A DNA stretch of 64,000 nt from a virus: positions 32,001-96,000 of IMG/VR virus record IMGVR_UViG_3300031949_000008; one strand, 5' to 3'. The notes below the pieces were generated by a model. It did not search any database. It was not told the DNA's origin and saw nothing but the letters and a program-made list of their open reading frames with translations. This document shows, one piece after another, positions 10,192 through 20,224 of the stretch. The translations under genes and the position numbers were made by a program. Each line of letters starts with the position of its first letter. The stretch's first letter is position 1.

Positions 10192-10670
10192 TTTCGTTCT
10201 TCCCCATGTCTTTCTCTATGACAATTTGAACATAATACAATACATTTTTTAATCTCTTTAAATACTATTTCTTTATTTGGAATATTAAATGCTAAAGAAC
10301 TTAGCATTTCAGCAATATTATATTTCTTCTTTTTAGGATTAATATGATGAAAATCAATAGCACCTGTATATTTATGATATCCGCAATTACTACATTTATC
10401 TAATGTTAATGACCGTAACCAGGCATTCCATAAAAGTCTATTCCTAAATCTCCATCTTAATCCATTATTTTTACATTTACATGTATGTTGTTCATAATAA
10501 TTTTTTCTATTAACTTTTACTTGTTGCTTATTATCTACATAATATTTTTTATGTTTTATTGATAATCGTATTTTATTCTGTTTATACCATTCTTGTTTAT
10601 ATCTTTTTATAATTTTCTTATGAGCTGCACGATATATTTTATCATATGCGGCTTTTTCAGAGTTTGTCAT
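10170..10670 (-). CDS. HNH homing endonuclease
   Basis: CSNCG...DFHH..P..K...EI.KCIVLCSNCHRERH after a basic repeat N-terminus. Confidence 0.85.
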   Translation of the reverse strand: MTNSEKAAYDKIYRAAHKKIIKRYKQEWYKQNKIRLSIKHKKYYVDNKQQVKVNRKNYYEQHTCKCKNNGLRWRFRNRLLWNAWLRSLTLDKCSNCGYHKYTGAIDFHHINPKKKKYNIAEMLSSLAFNIPNKEIVFKEIKKCIVLCSNCHRERHGEERKWIQTFN

Positions 10671-10891
10671 TCATGTTCTCTAAATAACTGATCATTATTT
10701 TTGGTAAGAACTCTAATTAAAGAAACATAATTTATAAATTGTGTTCCTTCTGTCACATCTGCATTTGTTATTTCTTGATGGCAACCAGGACATAAAATAC
10801 TCCCTATATTATGTAACTCATCCTGCGAATAAGGGAGTTTACTCCAGCAGTAGGGTTTCTTGTGAAAGCTACTTCCTAATGACTTAGCCAT
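10667..10891 (-). CDS. small hypothetical protein
   Basis: 74 aa with CPGC; coupled to both neighbours. Confidence 0.55.
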   Translation of the reverse strand: MAKSLGSSFHKKPYCWSKLPYSQDELHNIGSILCPGCHQEITNADVTEGTQFINYVSLIRVLTKNNDQLFREHE

Positions 10892-13055
10892 TGATTACCT
10901 CCATATAATTTTTAACTATTTTATTAGCATCAAATTCTTGTATTTTTAATTGCATACCTTTACGAATACTTTGAATAAACTCAATATCGTTTAATTGTAT
11001 ATTAAATATGTAATCTAAATCATCTATTGTATTAAACCCTAGTGCCAAGTCTTCACCAAACATTTCTGATACCACACTGCATTTTTTATTATAGATGATC
11101 GGACAACCACAAGCTGCTGATTCAAGAATAGTATTAGGACATCCTTCATGTTCTGAGGTAAATAATAAAGCATCTACAGACCTATAAAGATTGACTAATT
11201 GTTTTTGTTGTTTAATTGGACCATAATATACAAGATTTTGATATTGCAAAAATTCTTGCATTGTTTTAGCAGTATCAAGTGTATAGAAATTACCTACAAA
11301 ATAAAATTCTATATTAGGATACTTTTTTACAGCATCAATTGCAAGATCTACTCTTTTATGTGGGAAGATCGACCAGTTATTTACTAGAATTTTTGTGGTT
11401 TTTCCTGGTAAAGGTATAACTGGACTTTTAGTATTGAAAATTTCAGTATCTACTCCATTATATATAATCTTATATTTCTTCTCAATATCTACATAAGATT
11501 TCCATTGCTGTCTAGCCCACTCACTCTGCCATATAATTAGATCTGCTAATTTATAATTATCTTTCATTGCTTCCAAAACACTTGTCTGAATCTCACCTGG
11601 CTGTAATCCTGTTTCATCCCCAAGATAGCTCACAAAAGGTAAACCATCTTGTCTTTGTATCCATTGTACTTTGGGATCTCGTATTTTCGCTGCTCTCATA
11701 ATTTCCGCATTTAAAAATGCTACTGAAATCACATGCTTAACAGCAGGAGAATCCTGATCTACTACTTTATATTTTTTGTCAGTTAATTTAGGAATATATT
11801 TCCTAAGTATATTACTGAAACTTCCTGGGCCGCCATCGCTAGATGATGTTAATATACCAATACTATTATCCTTTTCAATAAAAGCACCAGTAATAGCATC
11901 TCTATATAGAGAATATCTTTTACGAATATCATAATTTTCTTCTATATCTTGCCGTGCTTGTTTTCCTATTTTATCCGCTACTTCTGAATTATTCTTAAGA
12001 TATAATATCTTATCCAGGAATTCATCAGCCGTCTTTACAATATATCCTGTCTCTCCTTCTTTAATACTCTCTACATATGATAATGATGGAGATGAGATAA
12101 TAGGAATACTAGCAGCACCTGCCATTGTATATTTTACTGCGCTCTTAGAATTTAGCCATGTATCTTGCCAAGCTGGAGGAACTATATTTACAAGATCCTC
12201 TTTACTGGCAGGATGTAATATTAAATCTACAGATTTACATAATCTATAATATGTCTCAATAGGTATCCAATCTATATATGTTTTGTGTAAGTTTCTGAAT
12301 GCATTAATTAATGTACGCATTTGAGCAACACCAGCAGAATTAATAATCCATTCTACGTCATCAAATTCTTCCCATCTTTCGTTAGCCTTTTGACACATAT
12401 CATGTGTTAATAAAGCGCCAACCCGACCACCACTTGTAATCAATACTTTATATATAGGAATAGATTCTATATAATCTAGTTTAGGTACGAAATCAAATAC
12501 TGGAAGATTTACATGTGTTGGAACATGTATAATAGGAACTGAAAAATTAGATAAACTTTTAAAGAAATTCTTTAATTCGGTAGTTGCCACAAGAACTGCA
12601 TCACATTGACTGGCCAGTTGAATAGGTGCATTTTGATTAGTAGCTACAAGAAAATCATCAAGATAGTATACAACCCGCACACCTAATCGTTTTAAATGTT
12701 GAATAATTCTTACAGCATTTCCCATACCAAGTTCTTGATGAAATCCTGGATTTGTACCTAATCTAAATAATACCACCCATCGTGGAACATAACGAATAAT
12801 ATCTTGCATCCCTTTTCCTAATGTAAATATAATCTGATATCCTTCCTTCTCAAAATAAGGTACATATTCTTTAATAACTTTATCTACACAACAGTCAGAA
12901 GCTGGCCCGACAAATGAAATTGCCTTATCTGATATTTTGATATCAGTAGATGCCATAACTTGTGGAGGAGCATTCATTGGTATCATTTTAGGTTTTATAA
13001 TTTGTTGATTTCTTGCCCAATATGGAATATTGCCTTTTTTATTATGTTCACCCAT
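10884..13055 (-). CDS. tandem two-domain GT-B (family 4-like) glycosyltransferase
   Basis: First module KS..KY..AG...IP...GETG; second module GGPGSF, IYNGVD, EGCPNTILESAACGCP. Confidence 0.88.
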   Translation of the reverse strand: MGEHNKKGNIPYWARNQQIIKPKMIPMNAPPQVMASTDIKISDKAISFVGPASDCCVDKVIKEYVPYFEKEGYQIIFTLGKGMQDIIRYVPRWVVLFRLGTNPGFHQELGMGNAVRIIQHLKRLGVRVVYYLDDFLVATNQNAPIQLASQCDAVLVATTELKNFFKSLSNFSVPIIHVPTHVNLPVFDFVPKLDYIESIPIYKVLITSGGRVGALLTHDMCQKANERWEEFDDVEWIINSAGVAQMRTLINAFRNLHKTYIDWIPIETYYRLCKSVDLILHPASKEDLVNIVPPAWQDTWLNSKSAVKYTMAGAASIPIISSPSLSYVESIKEGETGYIVKTADEFLDKILYLKNNSEVADKIGKQARQDIEENYDIRKRYSLYRDAITGAFIEKDNSIGILTSSSDGGPGSFSNILRKYIPKLTDKKYKVVDQDSPAVKHVISVAFLNAEIMRAAKIRDPKVQWIQRQDGLPFVSYLGDETGLQPGEIQTSVLEAMKDNYKLADLIIWQSEWARQQWKSYVDIEKKYKIIYNGVDTEIFNTKSPVIPLPGKTTKILVNNWSIFPHKRVDLAIDAVKKYPNIEFYFVGNFYTLDTAKTMQEFLQYQNLVYYGPIKQQKQLVNLYRSVDALLFTSEHEGCPNTILESAACGCPIIYNKKCSVVSEMFGEDLALGFNTIDDLDYIFNIQLNDIEFIQSIRKGMQLKIQEFDANKIVKNYMEVING

Positions 13056-13446
13056 ATGTTCTCCTTAAATATTCTTGTGCATTTTGCAATAATATAGGAT
13101 TATCTAATAAATATAAACTTGTGTTGCATTGTATACATAATAATCCTCTCACTTTATTTGTTTTATGATCATGATCTATATGGGGTTTATTTTGTGTTAA
13201 ATCTTTATTACAAATAGCACATTTATAATTTTGTTCATGTAATAATATATCATAATATTCTTCAGTTATATTATATAATTTTTTTAGATCATACTGTCTC
13301 TTTCGTATTTTTATATATGGTAAATTATTATATTTTTTCCTACGCTGGCTATTCATTTGCTTACCTTGTTTTGAATGATTATATTTATCGTTACTTTTCT
13401 TATGTGCCGCGCGTTTTTCGTCAATAGTAAAATATTTTTTCTTCAT
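13048..13446 (-). CDS. endonuclease VII-like homing endonuclease
   Basis: Q..KCAIC...HIDHDH...VRGLLC..CN. Confidence 0.88.
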   Translation of the reverse strand: MKKKYFTIDEKRAAHKKSNDKYNHSKQGKQMNSQRRKKYNNLPYIKIRKRQYDLKKLYNITEEYYDILLHEQNYKCAICNKDLTQNKPHIDHDHKTNKVRGLLCIQCNTSLYLLDNPILLQNAQEYLRRTYG

Positions 13447-14591
13447 ACATCGTTGATTCCTTTAATTATTTTAAGATTTTGTATTCTTTCTGCTTCTTTG
13501 AAATTCCATATTGTATTTTCATATCCTGGAACTTTAAGATCTGTATCTTTAAACTTATTAAAAGCATCATAAAATATAGCAGCGTGTTCAGCTATATTTA
13601 GATTAATATCCTGATTTTGCAGTACCCAATAATATGCTCTACGTGCTTGTGCTTCTCTCTCTTCTTGATGTTCAATCAGGAATGATAATGCTTTTACCCA
13701 ATTTTCCGTACTATTCTTCTCTGGTAAAATTGCTACTTCTTCTTTATCTAATCCTAAATAAGGTAAAATAGGAGATAAAATACAAGGAATACCAAGAATA
13801 GCATATTCAGAAAATTTCCTATGTGTTTTTCCCCAATTAAATGGATTATCTTGCAATGGAGCTATTCCAATATCAAAATCAAGTGATGCAAGAGCTGGAT
13901 AAAAGGCATCTACTGGTACGAAATCAAAGTATTCCCATTTATTTTTAGGAAGTTTTGCTACAGAAGGAGGCAACCATCCCATCATAATCCATCTAACTTG
14001 TGAATATTTTTGAGTAATTGCTGAAATTACATCTTTTATAATTTCAGCATCTGATGAATGATGAACTGTTAAATGCCAACCAATTCTAATTGTATCTTCC
14101 TGCCCTTTATCTCGACCAGGAGCTACAAACTCATTATAATGTGGTTCAACTAAATTGCGTTCAACATAAACATTAGGATTAAATTTTAATGCTAATTTCT
14201 TCAAATATGGTGTTGATGTAGTCAAAAAATCTACTTCACGAAGAATTTGTTCATATCTTGCTAAGGTTTCGCCTTGATATATCTGTTTAGCAGGATTACC
14301 ATCTGGTAATTTCCATACATTATCGTCAATATTGCTTCCGACTATTATTCCTTTTTGTTTCAATGCTCTTGTAAGCATCAACGATTCTGGCAAATATTGC
14401 CGTTGCCACATTACGATATCTGCTTCTGAGGAAGCTATTGCTTTTTCTAAAGTATATTCAATTCTTCCTTTAAGTAAATTATACTTATGAAAATATTGTA
14501 AAGGCAACCATTGCACGTGGAAAGAGGGCCCGCTTTGGTCACTGGCCAAAAATAGCACTTTTAGTTGTCGATTTATATCATTCACAATCAC
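13443..14591 (-). CDS. GT-B glycosyltransferase
   Basis: NIDD, STPYL, IGW...HSSD, DIGIAPL.DN.FN.GK..K..EY...GIP. Confidence 0.88.
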   Translation of the reverse strand: MIVNDINRQLKVLFLASDQSGPSFHVQWLPLQYFHKYNLLKGRIEYTLEKAIASSEADIVMWQRQYLPESLMLTRALKQKGIIVGSNIDDNVWKLPDGNPAKQIYQGETLARYEQILREVDFLTTSTPYLKKLALKFNPNVYVERNLVEPHYNEFVAPGRDKGQEDTIRIGWHLTVHHSSDAEIIKDVISAITQKYSQVRWIMMGWLPPSVAKLPKNKWEYFDFVPVDAFYPALASLDFDIGIAPLQDNPFNWGKTHRKFSEYAILGIPCILSPILPYLGLDKEEVAILPEKNSTENWVKALSFLIEHQEEREAQARRAYYWVLQNQDINLNIAEHAAIFYDAFNKFKDTDLKVPGYENTIWNFKEAERIQNLKIIKGINDV

Positions 14592-14624
14592 TCCTTAAAT
14601 CATTAATTTATAACATCTCCTATA

Positions 14625-14658
14625 TATATAAATAGGAGAATCACTCTTTTTGTGACAT
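14625..14658 (-). promoter_or_regulatory. putative phage late promoter, copy 2 (ATGTCACAA-N14-CTATTTATATA)
   Basis: Same motif and spacing as 62293-62326; directly upstream of the glycosylation cluster. Confidence 0.7.
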
Positions 14659-14672
14659 AAATTTATTAATTT

Positions 14673-14717
14673 TATACCCATTGATTAATAAATTGCTTAA
14701 ATTAATCAATGGGTATA
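14673..14717. terminator. 17-bp perfect inverted repeat separating structural and glycosylation modules
   Basis: TATACCCATTGATTAAT-11nt-ATTAATCAATGGGTATA. Confidence 0.6.
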
Positions 14718-14764
14718 TTTCTAATGAAATTAGATACTTAGGTAGGATTTAAGGTAGGATAAAC

Positions 14765-15160
14765 TTAAGTTAAACTATGACCAAATGCAACAAATCGTAC
14801 TGTAAATCCAGATAAATCAGTTGCACTCGCTACTTCAGCAGCCATAACGGATGTGGATGGTGCTCCACCAGTTCCAGAAGTCTGCCCAAATGCCATGACT
14901 GTTTGATTGTCATAGTTATATTGAGCAACAAAAGACTGTCCTTTTCCTGCCACTCCTGCGCTAGGTTCTACTGAAAAGGTCACAAACATAATGTCAGCTA
15001 AGCCTACATCAGAAGCTGATAAAGCCTCTCCACCAGTAATATAAGAAGAATCCATAACAAATTCTCCCATTGTCATTACGATATCATGACCAAATCCACC
15101 TCTTATAGGTCGTGCTGCTCCTACAGGATTATAACCTGTACGTGTAAAAGTAAGAGCCAA
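14765..15160 (-). CDS. putative virion (head decoration-like) protein
   Basis: TTG start after GGAGG; DSSY.TGGE.L...GL pattern; beta-rich. Confidence 0.55.
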   Translation of the reverse strand: MALTFTRTGYNPVGAARPIRGGFGHDIVMTMGEFVMDSSYITGGEALSASDVGLADIMFVTFSVEPSAGVAGKGQSFVAQYNYDNQTVMAFGQTSGTGGAPSTSVMAAEVASATDLSGFTVRFVAFGHSLT

Positions 15161-15218
15161 ATTAATCGCCTCCTTTTATAATAATATTAATTACTTATAC
15201 AATATTGTATATTGACCT

Positions 15219-15404
15219 TTATTCATATTCCCCAAATGGATTATCTTTCTTCTTCTTTGCTGTTGATCTGCCTTCTATTCGTTTCTTTGATTCACGTACT
15301 GCACCAACACCAGGAATCCAAGAAGGAATATAATCTAAAACATTTTCTACAGTAGATTTCTTCTTTGAAACTTCAGGTGTTTCATTTAATGTTTCATGTG
15401 CCAT
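15219..15404 (-). CDS. hypothetical protein
   Basis: 61 aa, GGAGG RBS. Confidence 0.55.
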   Translation of the reverse strand: MAHETLNETPEVSKKKSTVENVLDYIPSWIPGVGAVRESKKRIEGRSTAKKKKDNPFGEYE

Positions 15405-15417
15405 ATTTTTCCTCCTT

Positions 15418-15603
15418 TTAATAAGATAGAGATTTCAGGTCTTCTTGCTTAGATTCTTCAAGGTCAATTTTAGGGAATGGACCTATTCTACGTGGTTTTA
15501 CTGGTAAATCTTCTATACTATAAAGTTTTCCAACTTTAAATCTCTTCTTTATTCTATTTTGTTCTGCATTATATGCTTTATCAATTTCTGCTAATGTTGG
15601 CAT
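15418..15603 (-). CDS. hypothetical protein
   Basis: 61 aa, TAATG coupling to the upstream gene. Confidence 0.5.
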   Translation of the reverse strand: MPTLAEIDKAYNAEQNRIKKRFKVGKLYSIEDLPVKPRRIGPFPKIDLEESKQEDLKSLSY

Positions 15604-15914
15604 TATTTATCTCCTATTTTATCCAATAATTTATAAATTAAATCAAATATCATATTCTGAGTGGAAATCATATAATCTAAAAATGGACTTAATTGATTAA
15701 AATTATTAGTCTTTTTAGCAATCATATTAGATAGAATTGTTTCTTTAGAATTCTGTAATCCTAATGAAAATCGTTTCATAGGACTAGACCAATTAGGATC
15801 TGATATATTTCCAAGATCATTAGTTCTAGGAATCTCAATTTCATCTTGGTCAACTGGTAATATCCCAAATATATCTTCTATACTCATTTTCATTCTTTTC
15901 ATTTCTAAAGCCAT
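15603..15914 (-). CDS. hypothetical protein
   Basis: 103 aa, GGTGA RBS. Confidence 0.55.
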   Translation of the reverse strand: MALEMKRMKMSIEDIFGILPVDQDEIEIPRTNDLGNISDPNWSSPMKRFSLGLQNSKETILSNMIAKKTNNFNQLSPFLDYMISTQNMIFDLIYKLLDKIGDK

Positions 15915-15922
15915 ATGATCAC

Positions 15923-16387
15923 CTACTTTAGAGCGATAAATTGACTCTTTCTTAATGCTTTTTCAATCAATGCTAATTGTGTACTTTCAGAAGCCGTAAG
16001 TCCACTTACACCCGTTTCAATAATAACACTTTGCGCTTGTACTGGTTGTGAATATTTAATCTGTACATTATAATTTCCTATAGTTGATATGAAAGGATCT
16101 TCACCAGTATCTGTTAGTAAGATACCGCTAGTGACAGTAAGTGTATGACTGGCCTCTTGTGGTCGAATTCTCCATCCATTCATCAAGAAAATATAAGTTG
16201 CAACATAAGTATATGTAGCTGCATTAACTAATTCCCCACCAACGACAGAAAAGGTCATTAGATACTTACTTCCGCCTTCATCTCTGACCCAATCTTTCCA
16301 TCTAGAATATAGATCTTTTACATCTATTCCTGTTACACTTTCTGTACAAATAATGAGTTTAGTAGTTCCATCAAATATACATGACAT
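15923..16387 (-). CDS. putative tail-associated structural protein
   Basis: Shares DLYS..K.W / NGW pattern with the N-terminus of 16397..17986. Confidence 0.6.
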   Translation of the reverse strand: MSCIFDGTTKLIICTESVTGIDVKDLYSRWKDWVRDEGGSKYLMTFSVVGGELVNAATYTYVATYIFLMNGWRIRPQEASHTLTVTSGILLTDTGEDPFISTIGNYNVQIKYSQPVQAQSVIIETGVSGLTASESTQLALIEKALRKSQFIALK

Positions 16388-16396
16388 AAATCACCA

Positions 16397-17986
16397 TTAC
16401 GTTGGATTCTGATAATTTCTTTCGAGAGCGGAAACTAATGAAATTGAATTAGCTGTAGTTCGTGCAATAGTTCCAGTAGTTTTAACAAATTGAGAACCAC
16501 TTAATCCTAATGCCACAGCTGTTATTGGTGCATCTGATCCAGATGTTCTGCCGCCTTGTATATTTGAATCATATTCAAATGTTAACTGTACAGATGACCT
16601 ACTGGAAAGTAATTCTGACATATTCTCTGTAATCGTTCCACCAATATCAGCAGTATATGCCTCATCACCAGCACAACTTAGATATGTAAATACAACAGAA
16701 CTTGGAGTAGAAACTACAACATGAACACCGTTATATGCAGAACCACCAACACTTGCAATTTCAATACCATCACTTGCAGATAATCCATGTGCTGCAGCAG
16801 CTGTAATACTAGTTGTACCAGAACTTCTTGCACGAGCACTAGTACCGACAGTCTCTGCAGTATTTACTAGTATTGCATCACTATCTCCATAATCACCACT
16901 AGGAATACTAGTAAAATATACCCAATATTTTGCTGTTGTATCATTTACTAAATTTTCTCCAAAATTCACAGCCAATACAGCTGTATATGGAAATGTTCTT
17001 TCTGTTTGAGTATCATCAACAAATACTAACCTATTAATATCTGCACTTTGGAAATTATCAATATATGTTCCACCTGTTGGTGTAATTGTATAGAATTCTG
17101 TATACATTGTATCACCAACAAACCGTAGCAAATCAGGTGCAGTCTTTCCAATTTGAGTACCAGCACCAATATCAATATCAGAATCAAGTATTAATAAATA
17201 ATGTACTCTTTGATATATCTCTTCGGCTGTAAGTTGTGCACCATCTATAATCACATGAAAATCTCTATTAGTACCACCAATATCCCGTTGCTGTGCTGCA
17301 GCATACCATGTTATTGAACTATCTGTATAAGGTGCGCCTGACATAGAAGATGCTGCTAAAGTAACTTTAATATCTGTTGCATTAGATAAAGGAAAACGAT
17401 AAGCTTGATATGTTAATGTAGTAACACCAATATCATCTAATTCAGATGCTTCATATGATTTACCCCATGTACGACAAAATAATTTAAGATATGTTCGATA
17501 ATCAAATACTCCAGGTACTCCACCAGATGAATAAACACAGATTCCTTCATTTACTGGGCCAGTTAATTGAAAATTTACAGCAGCACTACCAGCTTCTGTT
17601 GCAGCTCCTTGTTGAAAATATACTTGATCAGCAGCGCCTAAACTTCCTAATGTTACAATACCTGCCCATTCCTGTTCAGATATACCAGTAGTATTTTTCT
17701 TGGCCCAACCACCAGTACGTAATAAATATCTTGTAGTATTATCAGCCCAATCCCATGCATTAATCATTTCAAATTGTTCATCGGTAATTGGCCCCATAGG
17801 AAAGGTATATTTAATATAAGTCTCATTAGATTTCCACAGTTCTTTAAGTTTAGAGTAAACACATTTTATTGTTACTCCATCTGTAGAAAGATTTCCAGCT
17901 ACAAGTAATTGTATAGTTTTACTGCCTGGAGTTATTACAATTTCTGTTCCATCATTTAATTGATCAGGATCTGTTATTAAAGGCAT
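16397..17986 (-). CDS. putative tail structural protein
   Basis: Thr/Gly/Ser-rich beta protein; internal AHGL...YNG (FCCH-like) module; ends RNYQNP like its neighbour. Confidence 0.65.
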   Translation of the reverse strand: MPLITDPDQLNDGTEIVITPGSKTIQLLVAGNLSTDGVTIKCVYSKLKELWKSNETYIKYTFPMGPITDEQFEMINAWDWADNTTRYLLRTGGWAKKNTTGISEQEWAGIVTLGSLGAADQVYFQQGAATEAGSAAVNFQLTGPVNEGICVYSSGGVPGVFDYRTYLKLFCRTWGKSYEASELDDIGVTTLTYQAYRFPLSNATDIKVTLAASSMSGAPYTDSSITWYAAAQQRDIGGTNRDFHVIIDGAQLTAEEIYQRVHYLLILDSDIDIGAGTQIGKTAPDLLRFVGDTMYTEFYTITPTGGTYIDNFQSADINRLVFVDDTQTERTFPYTAVLAVNFGENLVNDTTAKYWVYFTSIPSGDYGDSDAILVNTAETVGTSARARSSGTTSITAAAAHGLSASDGIEIASVGGSAYNGVHVVVSTPSSVVFTYLSCAGDEAYTADIGGTITENMSELLSSRSSVQLTFEYDSNIQGGRTSGSDAPITAVALGLSGSQFVKTTGTIARTTANSISLVSALERNYQNPT

Positions 17987-18001
17987 CTTTTATGTCACTC
18001 C

Positions 18002-19561
18002 TTAAGGATTTTGATATTGTCTATCTATTTGTTGTGCAATAGGCAAGCTAGAATTAGCATCTAATAATAAATAATCTTCTACACGATAATATTCATAATC
18101 TACTTTATATACAACAATATCTACATATGTACTTGCAGAATAAGTATAACTATATTGAAAAGTTGTATCAGAACTTTCACTTCCACCCAATTCAGTTGGA
18201 GGTGGGCCTGATTGATCAAAAATACGAACTTCACTACCAGAAACTATACCGGTTAAAGTTAGAGTTCGTTGGCCAGTAACTATTTGGGTTGTAGCACCTG
18301 AACCATTTCTATATGATGGTACATCTCCTCCATCAATAGTCAATTTTACGTGTTGTCCAGAGTTATTATAAATTGATTCATTACCACTAGTTCCACTAAC
18401 ACCAGTTCCACCAGCAACATAATTAGAATATGTTAATCCTGTTAATACATAAGCAGCACTTGCACCTAATGTTGGAATTTCTAGTGCATGATTACTTCCA
18501 TCTGATATAAATGAGGTATTAGAAATTAATCCTGGATTATCAGATAAGATAGATCGTGAATCACGTGTGTTATCAAAAAGACATCCATTAAGTGTTGCAC
18601 CACTTTGATATACAGATGCACATCGATTCATTGTAGTTGAATATATTGTACTATTTGACTGTAATGAAAATGTATCCATATCAGTAAATACACAGCCAGT
18701 CATTTGAATAGTTGCATTATCAATCGCAGATAATGCTCCTCTAGACACAGTGCCTAATGCTGTAAAGTTTATATTCTTCCAGCCTATACTAGATGTAGCC
18801 TCGCGCATATCAATACGATTAAATCCAGATGTAACTTTTCTAGTATTTGCTATAACTATATTTTTATTTTCATCATAGAAATTAATAGCACTAGTTCCAT
18901 AGCCTAATGTCATTAATCCAAACCATTGGTATCCACCAGATATAGATTGGAATATACCCCACCTATTAGATACATAATCTGCGCTAGTTGCGAATCCTGA
19001 AAATGTACATTGATTGCCTACTTCTCCATTGCTAAGGCGCATTTCGCCCCGACCATAACGCAGTCCATCTATGCCATGAGGTGCGCCTTTTAATGTACTA
19101 ACAACATTCGCCAATGAGCCAAACCACTGATTAGTACTTGTTGGTGATCCACCTGTTATTTCTGGTGTGACTGATCGGCATACAGGAATACATTCCCAAC
19201 CACCATATTGATATGTATCAGAACCTCTTATAATCCAACCAAAGGTATTCGCTTGGCTACTGCCAATTAATACAGATCGGCCACTACTGGTCTCTGTTTG
19301 TATATTATTAGGTGCACCAAAATAATACCAACCAATAACTGCATCATCAGCATTAAGGGTGATGCCAGTAACATTATTATATACTATGCCACAGAAACCT
19401 GCACCAACAGCTTGTGCAATACATGAAGCACCTTGTATAAAATAGTCAGTTTCAACGGCTGGAATACCACCAGCTTTCCATGTTGAATGTTCAACCCATG
19501 TACCAAGAACTTCACCTAAACTTATCTCTGTTAAATCATTAGAATAGTAAGGTACAGCCAA
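18002..19561 (-). CDS. putative tail spike-like structural protein (beta-helix-like central part)
   Basis: G/S/T-rich with GC.F repeats; C-terminus TLTG.V.GSEVRI...DRQYQNP. Confidence 0.6.
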   Translation of the reverse strand: MAVPYYSNDLTEISLGEVLGTWVEHSTWKAGGIPAVETDYFIQGASCIAQAVGAGFCGIVYNNVTGITLNADDAVIGWYYFGAPNNIQTETSSGRSVLIGSSQANTFGWIIRGSDTYQYGGWECIPVCRSVTPEITGGSPTSTNQWFGSLANVVSTLKGAPHGIDGLRYGRGEMRLSNGEVGNQCTFSGFATSADYVSNRWGIFQSISGGYQWFGLMTLGYGTSAINFYDENKNIVIANTRKVTSGFNRIDMREATSSIGWKNINFTALGTVSRGALSAIDNATIQMTGCVFTDMDTFSLQSNSTIYSTTMNRCASVYQSGATLNGCLFDNTRDSRSILSDNPGLISNTSFISDGSNHALEIPTLGASAAYVLTGLTYSNYVAGGTGVSGTSGNESIYNNSGQHVKLTIDGGDVPSYRNGSGATTQIVTGQRTLTLTGIVSGSEVRIFDQSGPPPTELGGSESSDTTFQYSYTYSASTYVDIVVYKVDYEYYRVEDYLLLDANSSLPIAQQIDRQYQNP

Positions 19562-19894
19562 TTAGTCTGTTATCTCCTTTTCAGTGTTATCAAAATAATA
19601 ACAGCCAGCCACTATATCTGCAGTACTTGGTGGATAAGCTTTACAAATCGCTGGACGTTTTTCATAGATTAAACATCTACTTCTATCCTTAGATAAATAA
19701 GGACATGGCCCCATAAATAGAATTAATTGTCCATTATCCATCCTTTCCACACGAGACGCCCCGACTCTTCGCATAGCAAATTCTGCTTCTGCATTAGTCA
19801 TTAATGGATCTAAACGAATCCATGTGATCAAACAACAATTACCACATCTTTTACAAGTTCCTTCAGATTTCTTTTCTTCCATTATAATAGCCAT
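19562..19894 (-). CDS. YkgJ-family cysteine-cluster (Fe-S/Zn) protein
   Basis: CKRCGNCC...CPYL...CLIYEKRPAICKAYP...C. Confidence 0.85.
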   Translation of the reverse strand: MAIIMEEKKSEGTCKRCGNCCLITWIRLDPLMTNAEAEFAMRRVGASRVERMDNGQLILFMGPCPYLSKDRSRCLIYEKRPAICKAYPPSTADIVAGCYYFDNTEKEITD

Positions 19895-19916
19895 TATAAC
19901 GCCTTAGTTAGGCGGA

Positions 19917-20165
19917 TCATCCGCCTAACTTGAAGACAATATTAAAATAATCATATGTTAATATTGTTCGATTAGTCCATGCGGTGATATATGGAGATGC
20001 GTTACTTCCACGACAATATCTTACTTCCACGACAATATCTATATCTGTTACTTTTATAATATACCAATTTCCAATTCCATCTAAATATCCATAGTATTCT
20101 GGTGAAGATATTGAATCCATATCTGATATTGCGTAACCATCTTTAATAAATAATTGTTTTGACAT
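19917..20165 (-). CDS. small putative virion protein
   Basis: YYGY...G.WYI.K...RY..G...W..R..L.Y pattern. Confidence 0.55.
   Translation of the reverse strand: MSKQLFIKDGYAISDMDSISSPEYYGYLDGIGNWYIIKVTDIDIVVEVRYCRGSNASPYITAWTNRTILTYDYFNIVFKLGG
20002..20039. repeat. 19-bp tandem duplication
   Basis: TTACTTCCACGACAATATC x2. Confidence 0.85.
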
Positions 20166-20197
20166 GTCACAAAATCCTTGCTCAAACTACTTATATA
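20164..20197 (+). promoter_or_regulatory. late-promoter-like motif, copy 3, antisense orientation
   Basis: ATGTCACAA-N14-CTACTTATATA on the plus strand. Confidence 0.5.
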
Positions 20198-20224
20198 AGT
20201 GAAAACTGAGTGAAACGAAAGTAT

